A stretch of 64,000 bases of DNA from Sinomonas sp. (lineage in GTDB: Bacteria > Actinomycetota > Actinomycetes > Actinomycetales > Micrococcaceae), in contig NZ_DAIUJO010000003.1 of NCBI RefSeq assembly GCF_036848755.1, positions 30 to 64,029 of the forward strand. Reading direction: 5' to 3'. The notes under the pieces were generated by a model. That model did no database searches. It was not told the origin of the DNA and saw only the letters and a list, made by a program, of their open reading frames with translations. Within the stretch, counting starts at the first letter, position 1. Every line of letters starts with the position of its first letter. This document shows positions 53,288 through 62,349 of this stretch, piece after piece. The translations under genes were made by a program, and so were the position numbers.

Positions 53288-54374
53288 ACACAGTTGGACC
53301 CACGCGGGCCACGGCACTCAGGAGAGCGCCGAGCCCGCCCCGACCACGACGGCCATCGCCGCCGGGATCCAGCTGCCTGCGGGATTCGCCGCGATAGCGA
53401 GCGACCCTGACCTCGGCCCCGCTATCACAACGAGCATGGCTCGGGTCGAGAAGCGGCTGCGCGAGGCCATCGCGAATTCGGACCCGCTCGCGGACGCAAC
53501 GAGCCGCCACCTCGTCGAAGCCGGAGGAAAGCGGATTCGGCCCCTGCTCACGCTCCTGTGCTCGCACCTCGGCGACTGGACGCGGCCGGAGGTCCTGCAG
53601 GCCGCTGCCGTCGTCGAGCTCACGCACCTCGCGACGCTCTATCACGACGACGTGATGGACTCGGCGCCCTACCGGCGCGGCGCCCCGACCGCCCACGAGG
53701 TGTGGGGCAACACCGTCGCGATCCTCACCGGCGACCTCATCTTCGCGCGCGCCTCGATCCTCGTCTCGGAGCTCGGCGGCCGGGCCCTGTCGATTCAGGC
53801 CCGGACCTTCGAGCGGCTGTGCCTCGGGCAGTTGCACGAGACAGTGGGGCCGCGCGAGGACCAGGATCCCGTGGACCACTACCTCTCGGTACTCGCGGAC
53901 AAGACCGGATCGCTCATCGCGGCCTCGGGTCAGATGGGCGCGATCTTCGCGGGCGCCCCGGACGAGTACGAGGACGTGCTGGTCAAGTACGGCGAGAACG
54001 TGGGCGTCGCCTTCCAGCTCGCCGACGACGTGATCGACGTGACGGGGGGGAAGGTCACGTCCGGCAAGTCCGCCGGCACGGACCTCAGGGAAGGCGTGCC
54101 CACGCTGCCGGTGCTCCTCCTCCGGCGTGCGGCCGACGGCGGTGACGAGTCCGCCCGCGACGTCCTGCGGCTCATCGACGGCGACCTGACGAGCGACGAG
54201 GCCCTCGCCGAGGCAGTGGCGGCGCTCAGTGCGCATCCAGTGACCGCCGACTCGTGGGCTGCGGCGCGCGAGTGGGCGGACGCGGCGAAGGCTGCGCTCG
54301 CGCCGCTGCCCGAGGGGGTCGTCAAGCAGTCGCTCTCGGCGTTCGCGGACGCGGTCGTGGACCGCGACGCCTAG
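53274..54374 (+). CDS. Polyprenyl diphosphate synthase (heptaprenyl/GrcC1-type, menaquinone side chain)
   Basis: The first DDxxD motif is 'LYHDDVMD' and the second is 'FQLADDVID'. GTG 53274 overlaps the menJ-like 3' end. Confidence 0.85.
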   Translation: MTNSEHSWTHAGHGTQESAEPAPTTTAIAAGIQLPAGFAAIASDPDLGPAITTSMARVEKRLREAIANSDPLADATSRHLVEAGGKRIRPLLTLLCSHLGDWTRPEVLQAAAVVELTHLATLYHDDVMDSAPYRRGAPTAHEVWGNTVAILTGDLIFARASILVSELGGRALSIQARTFERLCLGQLHETVGPREDQDPVDHYLSVLADKTGSLIAASGQMGAIFAGAPDEYEDVLVKYGENVGVAFQLADDVIDVTGGKVTSGKSAGTDLREGVPTLPVLLLRRAADGGDESARDVLRLIDGDLTSDEALAEAVAALSAHPVTADSWAAAREWADAAKAALAPLPEGVVKQSLSAFADAVVDRDA

Positions 54375-54397
54375 AGGCCCCCACGGGTCAATCCCGA

Positions 54398-54470
54398 CGG
54401 CGTACGTTTGGCACGGCGGCGTACGTTTGGCACGGCGGCGTACGTTTGGCACGGCGGCGTACGTTTGAGC
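54398..54470. repeat. Tandem 19-bp direct repeat (CGTACGTTTGGCACGGCGG) x3 plus a partial fourth that runs into a palindrome (ACGTTTGAGCGCGCGCAAACGT)
   Basis: Units start at 54401, 54420, 54439 and 54458. An inverted, degenerate copy (GTGCCGAAAGTACGT) lies at about 54491-54505. Confidence 0.9.
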
Positions 54471-54533
54471 GCGCGCAAACGTGCGCCTTCGTGCCGAAAG
54501 TACGTTCTCGCCTCAAGGCGACCTTAAACGGTT

Positions 54534-54570
54534 GGGCCCTGGGTGGCGGCGATGCCGCTTCCCAGGGCCC
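54534..54570 (+). terminator. GC-rich hairpin (GGGCCCTGGG-n17-CCCAGGGCCC, with an inner GCGGC/GCCGC stem) followed by GTTTCCGTT
   Basis: The hairpin was read directly. It is a plausible terminator for the men operon. Confidence 0.65.
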
Positions 54571-54625
54571 GTTTCCGTTCGCACCCGAATCCACTGGAGG
54601 CTGAAGTGGATCCAGTAACAAGCTT

Positions 54626-54641
54626 ATGACAGATCTGTCAT
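54626..54641. promoter_or_regulatory. Perfect 16-bp palindrome ATGACAGATCTGTCAT in a locally AT-richer spacer
   Basis: The palindrome was read directly. It lies 51 bp downstream of the SUKH gene stop. Its function is unknown. Confidence 0.3.
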
Positions 54642-54691
54642 ATGTCTAGTCCCAGACCGTCAATTTTTTTCAGGTCTTCAGGAACAACCCC

Positions 54692-55132
54692 TCAGACGTG
54701 TTCCTCTTCGTCGTCCTCGGCGGCCGAGAAGACCCACTCGAACATGTCGAACGTGAACTCGGAGAAGGTGCCGTCCTCGGACACCCACTCGCCACGGGCA
54801 TTGTTCTTCCGGTAGACGATGGGGTCGGGGACTCGCAGGTCGCCCGAGCGGAAGCCCCACGTGAACTGCTCGTCCTCGTCCTCCAGGAACATAAGGAAGC
54901 CCTCTTCGTCGATCTCGAGTTCCTCCGGATCCCAGAAGTAGTGGTATGCCTCCATGAGCTCGGAGCTGCCGAGGGCGAGGTAGAACTCGCGCAGCGCCAG
55001 CGGGATTGTGAAGGCGTGCTCCTCGAGGGCCTCGTCGAGTTCGTCCTCGGAGATCCCGTCGCCCTGCTTCCACGGATCGCCGAGGTACTTGGGGACAAGC
55101 GCGCGGAACCTATCCAAGAACATGTCGCTCAT
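54692..55132 (-). CDS. SMI1/KNR4 (SUKH-1) family protein; immunity-protein-like
   Basis: It contains 'ISEDELDEALEEHAFTIPLALREFYLALGSSELMEAYHYFWDPEE' and is acidic. Its GC content is lower than that of its neighbours. Confidence 0.7.
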   Translation of the reverse strand: MSDMFLDRFRALVPKYLGDPWKQGDGISEDELDEALEEHAFTIPLALREFYLALGSSELMEAYHYFWDPEELEIDEEGFLMFLEDEDEQFTWGFRSGDLRVPDPIVYRKNNARGEWVSEDGTFSEFTFDMFEWVFSAAEDDEEEHV

Positions 55133-55190
55133 GTCTTCATCCTAGTCAGTCGGCCCAACCTCGGACCTTTGCCCCCGGTAGGCTCCCCCT

Positions 55191-55877
55191 ATGACCCAGC
55201 CGATCCTTGTCGCCTGCGCCCACGGAACCAGCAATCCCGACGGGAAAGCGGCGATCCTCGGGGTCGTCGAGGAACTCCGCGCGGCCCGACCGGACGTCAC
55301 AGTGCTCGACGCCTACGTCGACGTTCACGGCCCCGAGCTGCCCGCCGTCGTCGCAGGCCTCCCCGCGGAGCCGCCCGCCGTCGTCGTGCCGCTCCTCCTC
55401 AGCGTCGGCTACCACGTCAAGGTGGACATCGGGCGCGCGGTCAGGTCGCGCGAACGGACGACGGCGGCCGCGCCCCTCGGTCCCGACCCGCGCCTTGCGG
55501 AGGTGCTCGCCGCGCGGCTCGCCGACGCCGACCTGGGGCCGGACGACGCCGTCGTACTCGCCGCGGCAGGCTCGTCGAACCCGGCCGCAGCCGACGACGT
55601 CGAGCGTCTCGCCGACATGCTCCGGCACCTGATCCCGAACCGGATCCTGCCTGCCTACGGCGCAAGCGCCGAGCCGAGCGTGCCGGATGCCGTCGCGGAG
55701 CTCCGGGCCGAGGAAGTCGGCCGGATCGTCGTCGCGAGCTACCTCCTCGCGCCGGGCTACTTCCATGACCAGCTCGCGAAGGCGGGCGCCGATGCCGTTG
55801 CGCCGCCCCTGCTGCCTGCGCCCGAGGTCGCTCGGATCGCCCTCGACCGCTTCGACGCGGCCCTCGCCGCGCTGTGA
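55191..55877 (+). CDS. Sirohydrochlorin chelatase (CbiX/SirB family)
   Basis: It contains 'ILVACAHGTSNPDG' and 'VVVPLLLSVGYHV'. It lies next to the sulfite reductase cluster. Confidence 0.8.
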   Translation: MTQPILVACAHGTSNPDGKAAILGVVEELRAARPDVTVLDAYVDVHGPELPAVVAGLPAEPPAVVVPLLLSVGYHVKVDIGRAVRSRERTTAAAPLGPDPRLAEVLAARLADADLGPDDAVVLAAAGSSNPAAADDVERLADMLRHLIPNRILPAYGASAEPSVPDAVAELRAEEVGRIVVASYLLAPGYFHDQLAKAGADAVAPPLLPAPEVARIALDRFDAALAAL

Positions 55878-57115
55878 GCACAGCACCCGGAGAGGCGGGC
55901 ACCGCAAGGCTTCCGCATCGTGCGCCAGCCTCGCTGCTCTTCGTCCTCGTCTGCGCCATGGGCGTCGGCCCCCTGCTCAACTACGGGCTGAGCGCGGCGA
56001 GCCCCCTCGTGTTGCGCGACCTCGGGATCAGCCAATCCCAGTTCGGCCTCGTGGCCGGTGCCGTCTTCGCGAGCGCCGCCGTCAGCAGCGCGTGGCTCGG
56101 GCGGTTCAGCGACCGCGCGACGAGCCGGCAGCAGATCGTCCTCATCTTCGCGGGGACCGTCGTCGCCCTCGTGATCGCCGCGCTCGCGCAGAACTTCTGG
56201 GTGCTGCTGGTTGCCGTCATCCTCGCGGGACCGGCGCAGGCCATCTCGAACCCCACGACCAACAGGCTCATCGTGACAGCGGTCCCCCAGGCGCAGCGCT
56301 CCGGCTGGATAGGCATCAAGCAGTCGGGCGTTCAGGCGAGCCAGCTCTTCGCAGGCCTCTTCATCCCGGCTGTCTCGCTGTGGCTCGGGTGGCACGGCGC
56401 GTTCGCGCTCGCCGCGGTCGTCGCGGCGGGCCTCCTCTGGTATGGCCTGCGCAAGCTCCCCCGCGAGGCACCTCGACCGCTCGCGAAGGCAGCCCGCTCC
56501 GCGAGCGACAAGGAGCCGCTGCCCCTTCCGGTATGGCTCTTTGCCGCGTTCGCGTTCTTCTCGGGGCTGGGGATGCAGGCCACGAACGTCTACCTCCCGC
56601 TCTACGCCGTGCGCGCCCTCGACTTCCCGCTCGTCCTCGCCGGGGCCGCGGCCGGGGTCTCGGGCGTCGTCGGTGTCACAAGCCGCGTGATCTGGGGGCG
56701 CCAGATGGCGCAGGGGCGGCGCCCGTCGGGGATCCTCATCGCGCTCGCGGCCGGCGCCGTCCTCGGCGTCGCCTGCCTGCTCGCCGCTGGGGCGCTTCGC
56801 CAGCCCGCCCTCCTGTGGGCCGGCGTCGCCCTCCACGGGGCAACGGTCCTCGGCGCCAACGTCATCACGAACTCGGCCGTGCTCGTTGTGGTGCCCTCCG
56901 AGCGGGTCGGGACGGCCTCGGGCGTTCTCGCGATGGGGATGTACGCGGGCTTCGCGCTCGGGCCGTTCGTCATGGGCCTCCTCGCGGACGCCTCCGGGGG
57001 GTACGACGTCGGCTGGCTCACCGTGGGCACGGGCTACCTCGTCTGTGTCGTGGTAGCGCTGTGGCTGCGGCGCTACGGACGGACGCATCCCTGGACGGTC
57101 CTCACGACGCGCTGA
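55874..57115 (+). CDS. MFS transporter (12-TMS) embedded in the sulfur-assimilation cluster
   Basis: It is hydrophobic and polytopic. Its GTG start overlaps the cbiX stop by 4 bp. No substrate-specific motif was recognised. Confidence 0.7.
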   Translation: MSTAPGEAGTARLPHRAPASLLFVLVCAMGVGPLLNYGLSAASPLVLRDLGISQSQFGLVAGAVFASAAVSSAWLGRFSDRATSRQQIVLIFAGTVVALVIAALAQNFWVLLVAVILAGPAQAISNPTTNRLIVTAVPQAQRSGWIGIKQSGVQASQLFAGLFIPAVSLWLGWHGAFALAAVVAAGLLWYGLRKLPREAPRPLAKAARSASDKEPLPLPVWLFAAFAFFSGLGMQATNVYLPLYAVRALDFPLVLAGAAAGVSGVVGVTSRVIWGRQMAQGRRPSGILIALAAGAVLGVACLLAAGALRQPALLWAGVALHGATVLGANVITNSAVLVVVPSERVGTASGVLAMGMYAGFALGPFVMGLLADASGGYDVGWLTVGTGYLVCVVVALWLRRYGRTHPWTVLTTR

Positions 57116-57249
57116 GGCCCCGGGCTGGAAGTCCTCGCGGGCTCCGGTCCGTCAAGGGAGGTGACGCGAATACGAAGAAATGTGTCCCCCGGTGACATCG
57201 CATTGCACCTCTCTGGGGACACGCCCGGGGCGATCCGTACCCTCGAATC

Positions 57250-59037
57250 ATGACTGACACAGCCCTCACTGCGCGTTCCGGGGCTGCCCGCGCCGGGCAG
57301 CGACCCGACCAGCGTCCTGGCCAGGACTCGGAACGGGCGGCGCGACAGAGATCCTCCAAGCCCAATGGGCAGTGGAAGATCGACGGGACCGAGCCGCTCA
57401 ACGGCAATGAGGCCTGGAAGCAGGAAGACGGTGGCCTCAGCGTTCGCGAGCGCATCGAGAACATCTACGCCCAGGGCGGTTTCGACTCGATCGATCCCAC
57501 CGATCTCCACGGCCGCTTCCGCTGGTGGGGGCTCTACACCCAGCGCAAGCCGGGGATCGACGGCGGCAAGACGGCGACGCTTTCCCCCGAAGAGCTCGAA
57601 GACCGCTACTTCATGATGCGCGTGCGGATCGACGGCGGCGCCCTCACCACCGAACAGCTGCGCGTGATCGGCGGCATCTCGCGGGACTTCGCGCGCGGCA
57701 GCGCAGACATCACGGACCGTCAGAACATCCAGCTGCACTGGGTCGAGATCGAGAACGTCCCCGAGATCTGGCGCCGACTCGAGGGGGTCGGCCTGCGCAC
57801 GACCGAAGCGTGCGGCGACGTCCCGCGCGTCATCCTCGGCTCGCCGGTCGCCGGCATCGCTGCGGACGAGATCCTGGACCCCACCCCGCAGATCCGCGAG
57901 ATCGCGGACCGCTACATCGGCGACGAGAGCTTCGCGAACCTCCCGCGCAAATACAAGACCGCGATCACGGGCCACCCGAGCCAAGACGTGGTCCACGAGA
58001 TCAACGACTTCGCCCTCGTGGGCGTGGTCCACCCGGAGCTCGGCGCGGGCTACGACCTGTGGGTCGGCGGCGGCCTCTCGACGTCGGCGCACCTCGCCGT
58101 TCGCCTCGGCGCCTTCGTCGAGCCCGCGCGTGCGGCGGAGGTGTGGGCCGGCGTGACCAGCATCTTCCGCGACTATGGCTACCGGCGGCTCCGCAACCGC
58201 GCGCGTCTGAAGTACCTCGTGGCCGACTGGGGTGCCGAGAAGTTCCGGCATGTGCTCGAGACCGAGTACCTCGCGACGCCGCTCCCCGACGGGCCCGCCG
58301 CCGAGAAGCCGACGACCCCGGGCGACCACGTGGGCGTGCACCGCCAGAAGGACGGGCGCTTCTACGTCGGCGCGACTCCGACGGTGGGCCGCGTGTCGGG
58401 GGACGTCCTGCTGCAGCTCGCCGACCTCGTCGAGGCGCACGGCTCGCAGCGGCTCCGCACGACGCCGCACCAGAAGGTCGTCGTCCTCGACATCGAAGAG
58501 GACCGCGTCGACTCGCTCGTGGCCGGGCTCGAGGAACTGGGCCTCTACGCGAACCCGAGCCCCTGGCGGCGCTCGACGATCGCGTGCACGGGAATCGAGT
58601 TCTGCAAGCTCGCCATCGTGGACACGAAGGACACGGCGACCGAGGCGATCGCCGAGCTCGAGAAGCGGTTCTCGCCCGAGGGCGGCACGGGCGCCCCGGC
58701 CAACGAGCTCCTCAAGCCGCTGACTCTCCACATCAATGGCTGCCCGAACTCGTGCGCCCGCATCCAGACGGCGGACATCGGCCTCAAGGGCCAGCTGCTG
58801 CCCGACGGCGACGGCGGCCAGACGCCCGGCTTCCAGGTGCATCTCGGCGGCGGCCTCGCCTCGGAGACGCGCGAGGAGGCAGGCACCGGCCGCACCGTCC
58901 GGGGGCTCAAGGTGACGACCAAAGACCTGCCCGATTACGTCGAGCGCGTGACCAGGCGCTACCTCGCCGAGCGCGCCGACGAGAACCAGAGCTTCGCCGA
59001 GTGGGCCCTTGCGGCCGAGGAGGAGGCGCTCCAATGA
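57250..59037 (+). CDS. sirA: Ferredoxin-dependent sulfite reductase (nitrite/sulfite reductase family)
   Basis: It has two NiR/SiR repeats and the siroheme/4Fe-4S Cys motifs 'ACTGIEFCKLA' and 'INGCPNSCAR'. Confidence 0.88.
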   Translation: MTDTALTARSGAARAGQRPDQRPGQDSERAARQRSSKPNGQWKIDGTEPLNGNEAWKQEDGGLSVRERIENIYAQGGFDSIDPTDLHGRFRWWGLYTQRKPGIDGGKTATLSPEELEDRYFMMRVRIDGGALTTEQLRVIGGISRDFARGSADITDRQNIQLHWVEIENVPEIWRRLEGVGLRTTEACGDVPRVILGSPVAGIAADEILDPTPQIREIADRYIGDESFANLPRKYKTAITGHPSQDVVHEINDFALVGVVHPELGAGYDLWVGGGLSTSAHLAVRLGAFVEPARAAEVWAGVTSIFRDYGYRRLRNRARLKYLVADWGAEKFRHVLETEYLATPLPDGPAAEKPTTPGDHVGVHRQKDGRFYVGATPTVGRVSGDVLLQLADLVEAHGSQRLRTTPHQKVVVLDIEEDRVDSLVAGLEELGLYANPSPWRRSTIACTGIEFCKLAIVDTKDTATEAIAELEKRFSPEGGTGAPANELLKPLTLHINGCPNSCARIQTADIGLKGQLLPDGDGGQTPGFQVHLGGGLASETREEAGTGRTVRGLKVTTKDLPDYVERVTRRYLAERADENQSFAEWALAAEEEALQ

Positions 59038-59738
59038 GCAAGAGATCTCCTGAGGAGCTGCGCGCGCTCGCCGAGTCCGGCGCTGCGGAGCTCGGCTGGG
59101 ACGCGACCGCGGACGAGGTGATCGGCTGGGTGGCGAGGAACTTCGCCACCGAGGCAACCGCCGTCGCCTGTTCCATGGCGGACGCCGTGCTGCCCGCGCT
59201 CGTCGCGGAGCAGCTGCCGGGCGTCGACGTCCTCTTCCTCGACACGGGCTACCACTTCCCGGAGACGTACAAGACGAGGAACGACGTCGCCGAGAACCTC
59301 CGCGTGAACATCGTCGACGTTCTGCCGCAGCAGACGGTCGCCGAGCAGGACGCCGCCGAGGGAAAGGACCTCTTCTCCCGGGACCCAGCCCGGTGCTGTG
59401 CCCTGCGCAAGGTCGAGCCCCTGCACCGGTCCCTCGCGGGCTACGAGCTGTGGTTCACCGGCGTGCGCCGCGACGAGGCCCCCACGCGGACCAACACGCC
59501 CCTCGTGACGTACGACGAGAAGAACGGCCTCGTCAAGGTCAACCCGGTCGCACCGTGGTCGTTCGACCAGCTCGTCCAGTACTCCGAGGACAACCTCCTG
59601 CCGGTCAATCCCCTCCTTGCCCAGGGGTTCCTCTCCATCGGCTGCGCGCCGTGTACCCGCGCCGTAGCCCCAGGAGAAGACCCCCGAGCCGGCCGCTGGT
59701 CCGGCACCGACAAGACAGAATGCGGACTCCACGTATGA
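59034..59738 (+). CDS. cysH: Phosphoadenosine/adenosine phosphosulfate reductase
   Basis: It contains 'VLFLDTGYHFPETY' and the C-terminal 'ECGLH'. There is an ATGA overlap with sirA. Confidence 0.9.
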   Translation: MSKRSPEELRALAESGAAELGWDATADEVIGWVARNFATEATAVACSMADAVLPALVAEQLPGVDVLFLDTGYHFPETYKTRNDVAENLRVNIVDVLPQQTVAEQDAAEGKDLFSRDPARCCALRKVEPLHRSLAGYELWFTGVRRDEAPTRTNTPLVTYDEKNGLVKVNPVAPWSFDQLVQYSEDNLLPVNPLLAQGFLSIGCAPCTRAVAPGEDPRAGRWSGTDKTECGLHV

Positions 59739-60697
59739 GCGCTCTTACGACCGCCGCGGCCCCCGTGACCCCGGAGGCGGCATCGCCCGGAAACGCCGGA
59801 GCGACTCAGCTCGGTCTCCTCGACGCCCTCGAGGCCGAGTCGATCCACATCATCCGCGAGGTCGTCGCCGAGTTCGAGCGGCCCGCGATGCTGTTCTCCG
59901 GCGGCAAGGACTCCGTCGTCATGCTGCACCTCGCGGCGAAGGCGTTCTGGCCGGCGAAGATCCCGTTCCCCGTGCTGCACGTGGACACGGGACACAACTT
60001 CCCCGAGGTCCTCGACTTCCGCGACCGGACGGTCGCGCGGCTCGGGCTCAAGCTCGTGGTGGGCTCCGTGCAGGAGTACATCGACCGGGGCGAGCTCCAG
60101 GAACGAGCCGACGGGACGCGCAACCCGCTCCAGACCGTGCCCCTGCTGGATACGATCGCCGCGAACAAGTTCGACGCCGTGTTCGGCGGCGGCCGCCGTG
60201 ACGAGGACAAGGCCCGGGCCAAGGAGCGCATCCTCTCGCTCCGCGACGAGTTCGGCCAGTGGGACCCGCGCAACCAGCGGCCCGAGCTGTGGAACCTCTA
60301 CAACGGCCGCCACACCGTGGGCCAGCACGTGCGCGCGTTCCCGATCAGCAACTGGACCGAGCTCGACATCTGGCGCTACATCGAGCGCGAGGGCATCGAG
60401 CTGCCGAGCATCTACTACGCCCACGACCGCGAGGTGTTCCAGCGCGACGGCATGTGGCGCGCCGTGGGTGAGGTGAGCCTTCCGCGCGAGGGGGAGGACG
60501 TCGTCGTCCGCACCGTGCGCTACCGCACCGTGGGCGACATGTCGTGCACCGGCGCCGTGCTCTCGGACGCCTTCACAGTGGCCGACGTCGTGCGCGAGGT
60601 GGCGGCCTCCACGCTCACCGAGCGCGGGGCGACCCGTGCCGACGACAGGATTTCCGAGGCGGCCATGGAAGACCGCAAGAAGGACGGGTACTTCTGA
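59735..60697 (+). CDS. cysD: Sulfate adenylyltransferase subunit 2
   Basis: It contains 'MLFSGGKDSVVMLHLA' and 'HVDTGHNFPEV'. There is an ATGA overlap with cysH. Confidence 0.92.
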   Translation: MSALTTAAAPVTPEAASPGNAGATQLGLLDALEAESIHIIREVVAEFERPAMLFSGGKDSVVMLHLAAKAFWPAKIPFPVLHVDTGHNFPEVLDFRDRTVARLGLKLVVGSVQEYIDRGELQERADGTRNPLQTVPLLDTIAANKFDAVFGGGRRDEDKARAKERILSLRDEFGQWDPRNQRPELWNLYNGRHTVGQHVRAFPISNWTELDIWRYIEREGIELPSIYYAHDREVFQRDGMWRAVGEVSLPREGEDVVVRTVRYRTVGDMSCTGAVLSDAFTVADVVREVAASTLTERGATRADDRISEAAMEDRKKDGYF

Positions 60698-62070
60698 TGA
60701 CTGCCGCTCTTGAGGCAACCCTCGAGCAGGGAACGCTCTTCCGGTTTGCCACCGCCGGCTCGGTCGACGACGGCAAGTCCACGTTGGTGGGCCGCCTGCT
60801 CCACGACTCGAAGGCGATCCTCGCCGACCAGCTCGACGCCGTGGCCCGCACCTCGGAGGCACGCGGCTTCGGCGGGGACAACGCCGAAGGCACTCGCCGC
60901 CTCGACCTCGCCCTGCTGACCGACGGCCTCCGGGCCGAGCGCGAGCAGGGCATCACGATCGACGTCGCCTACCGCTATTTCGCGACCGACCGCCGCACGT
61001 TCATCCTCGCCGATTGCCCCGGCCACGTGCAGTACACGAAGAACACGGTCACGGGAGCCTCGACGGCCGACGCGGTCGTGCTCCTCATCGATGCGCGCAA
61101 GGGCGTGCTCGAGCAGACCCGGCGGCACCTCTCCGTCGCGGCGCTCCTGCGCGTGCCGCACGTCGTCGTCGCGGTCAACAAGATCGACCTCGTCGACTTC
61201 TCCGAGGCGGTCTTCGCATCGATCTCAGCCGACGTCGAGAGGGCCGCGAGGGAGCTGGGCCTGCGCGAGGCGGTTGCCGTCCCGGTGTCCGCGCTCGACG
61301 GCGACAACGTCGTCGACCGCTCCGGCCGCACGCCCTGGTACACCGGCCCGACCCTGATCGAGCTGCTCGAGGGGCTGCCGAGCACGGACGAACTGGCCGA
61401 CTCCCAGGAGCCATTCCGCTTCCCCGTCCAGACCGTCATCCGGCCGCAGGGCGCACTGGCTCCGGGCCTTTCGGACGCTGAGTTCCGGGACTACCGCGCG
61501 TACGCGGGCCAGGTCACCGAGGGCATTGTCCGCGTCGGCGACCGGGTCGCTGTCGTCACGCCGGGTCAGGCGGCGCGCGAGACTACGGTGGTCGGAATCG
61601 ACGTCGCTGGCCGCTCGCTCGCGGAAGCAGCCGCGCCGCTGTCCGTCGCGCTGCGCCTCGCCGACGAGTTCGACGTCGCGCGCGGCGACACGATCGCCGC
61701 CGCTGGGACGCTGCCCGAGAGCACGGCCGACCTGTACGGCTCTCTCTGCTGGCTCTCGACCAAGCCGCTGCGCGAGGGCGCGAAGGTCCTCGTGAAGCAC
61801 GGGACGTCGACGGTCCGGGCCCTGGTTCGCTCCGTCACGGGACGCCTGGACCTCGACTCCCTCGAGGTGACCCCCGCCTCCGGCCTCGAGCTCAACGACA
61901 TAGGCGAGGCTCAGCTTCGCCTGGCCGCCCCGCTCCCGCTCGAGCCCTATGCGGGGCATCGGCGGACCGGAGCGTTCCTCGTCATCGACCCGCAGGATGG
62001 AGCGACCCTCGCCGCAGGGATGGTCCGCGAGCACCCCGGGGATACCGAGGACGAGAGGTACTGGATCTAG
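60697..62070 (+). CDS. cysN: Sulfate adenylyltransferase subunit 1 (GTPase)
   Basis: It contains 'FATAGSVDDGKSTLVGRLL', 'DCPGH' and 'NKID'. There is a TGATG overlap with cysD. Confidence 0.92.
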   Translation: MTAALEATLEQGTLFRFATAGSVDDGKSTLVGRLLHDSKAILADQLDAVARTSEARGFGGDNAEGTRRLDLALLTDGLRAEREQGITIDVAYRYFATDRRTFILADCPGHVQYTKNTVTGASTADAVVLLIDARKGVLEQTRRHLSVAALLRVPHVVVAVNKIDLVDFSEAVFASISADVERAARELGLREAVAVPVSALDGDNVVDRSGRTPWYTGPTLIELLEGLPSTDELADSQEPFRFPVQTVIRPQGALAPGLSDAEFRDYRAYAGQVTEGIVRVGDRVAVVTPGQAARETTVVGIDVAGRSLAEAAAPLSVALRLADEFDVARGDTIAAAGTLPESTADLYGSLCWLSTKPLREGAKVLVKHGTSTVRALVRSVTGRLDLDSLEVTPASGLELNDIGEAQLRLAAPLPLEPYAGHRRTGAFLVIDPQDGATLAAGMVREHPGDTEDERYWI

Positions 62071-62071
62071 G

Positions 62072-62088
62072 CCCATCGTTTCGATGGG
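62072..62088 (+). terminator. Small hairpin CCCATCG-TTT-CGATGGG immediately after cysN
   Basis: The hairpin was read directly. The stem is short (7 bp). Confidence 0.35.
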
Positions 62089-62349
62089 AACCACGACGGC
62101 GCCTGCCACCCTCACGGGGGCGGGCGCTGTTTGGCAGAAACGGTCCCTTCTCCTCGTGTGTGACGCCGCATGACGTACGGTGAACGACCGTGACCGGGCT
62201 GTTGGGGCCCCGATTCCCCCTCCCTACGCTGGAATGCATGGTCCGCACCCACCGCCTCGTCAGCGCAGGGCGAATGCCCCGATGTCGGGCTCGTCGCTAG
62301 GCCCCCACCCGACCTTCCGACCCTTTTCAGCGAGACCCGAGGACTCACC

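Noticed and set aside
54407-54417. A TTGGCAC motif inside the 19-bp repeat resembles the sigma-54 -24 element.
   Set aside because: There is no properly spaced -12 TTGC/GC element. High-GC actinobacteria are generally considered to lack RpoN. The match is probably coincidental.
57182-57222. A hairpin (GTGTCCCC-n25-GGGGACAC) lies in the sirA leader and could be a regulatory RNA element.
   Set aside because: It is a single modest stem with no known motif and nothing to compare it against. That is insufficient to call.
62089-62349. A long (about 260 nt) leader lies before the sulfonate-type ABC transporter gene, raising the possibility of a riboswitch (for example a SAM-type one).
   Set aside because: I could not recognise any known riboswitch consensus by eye. 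A covariance-model scan (Rfam/Infernal) would be needed. There is no positive evidence.
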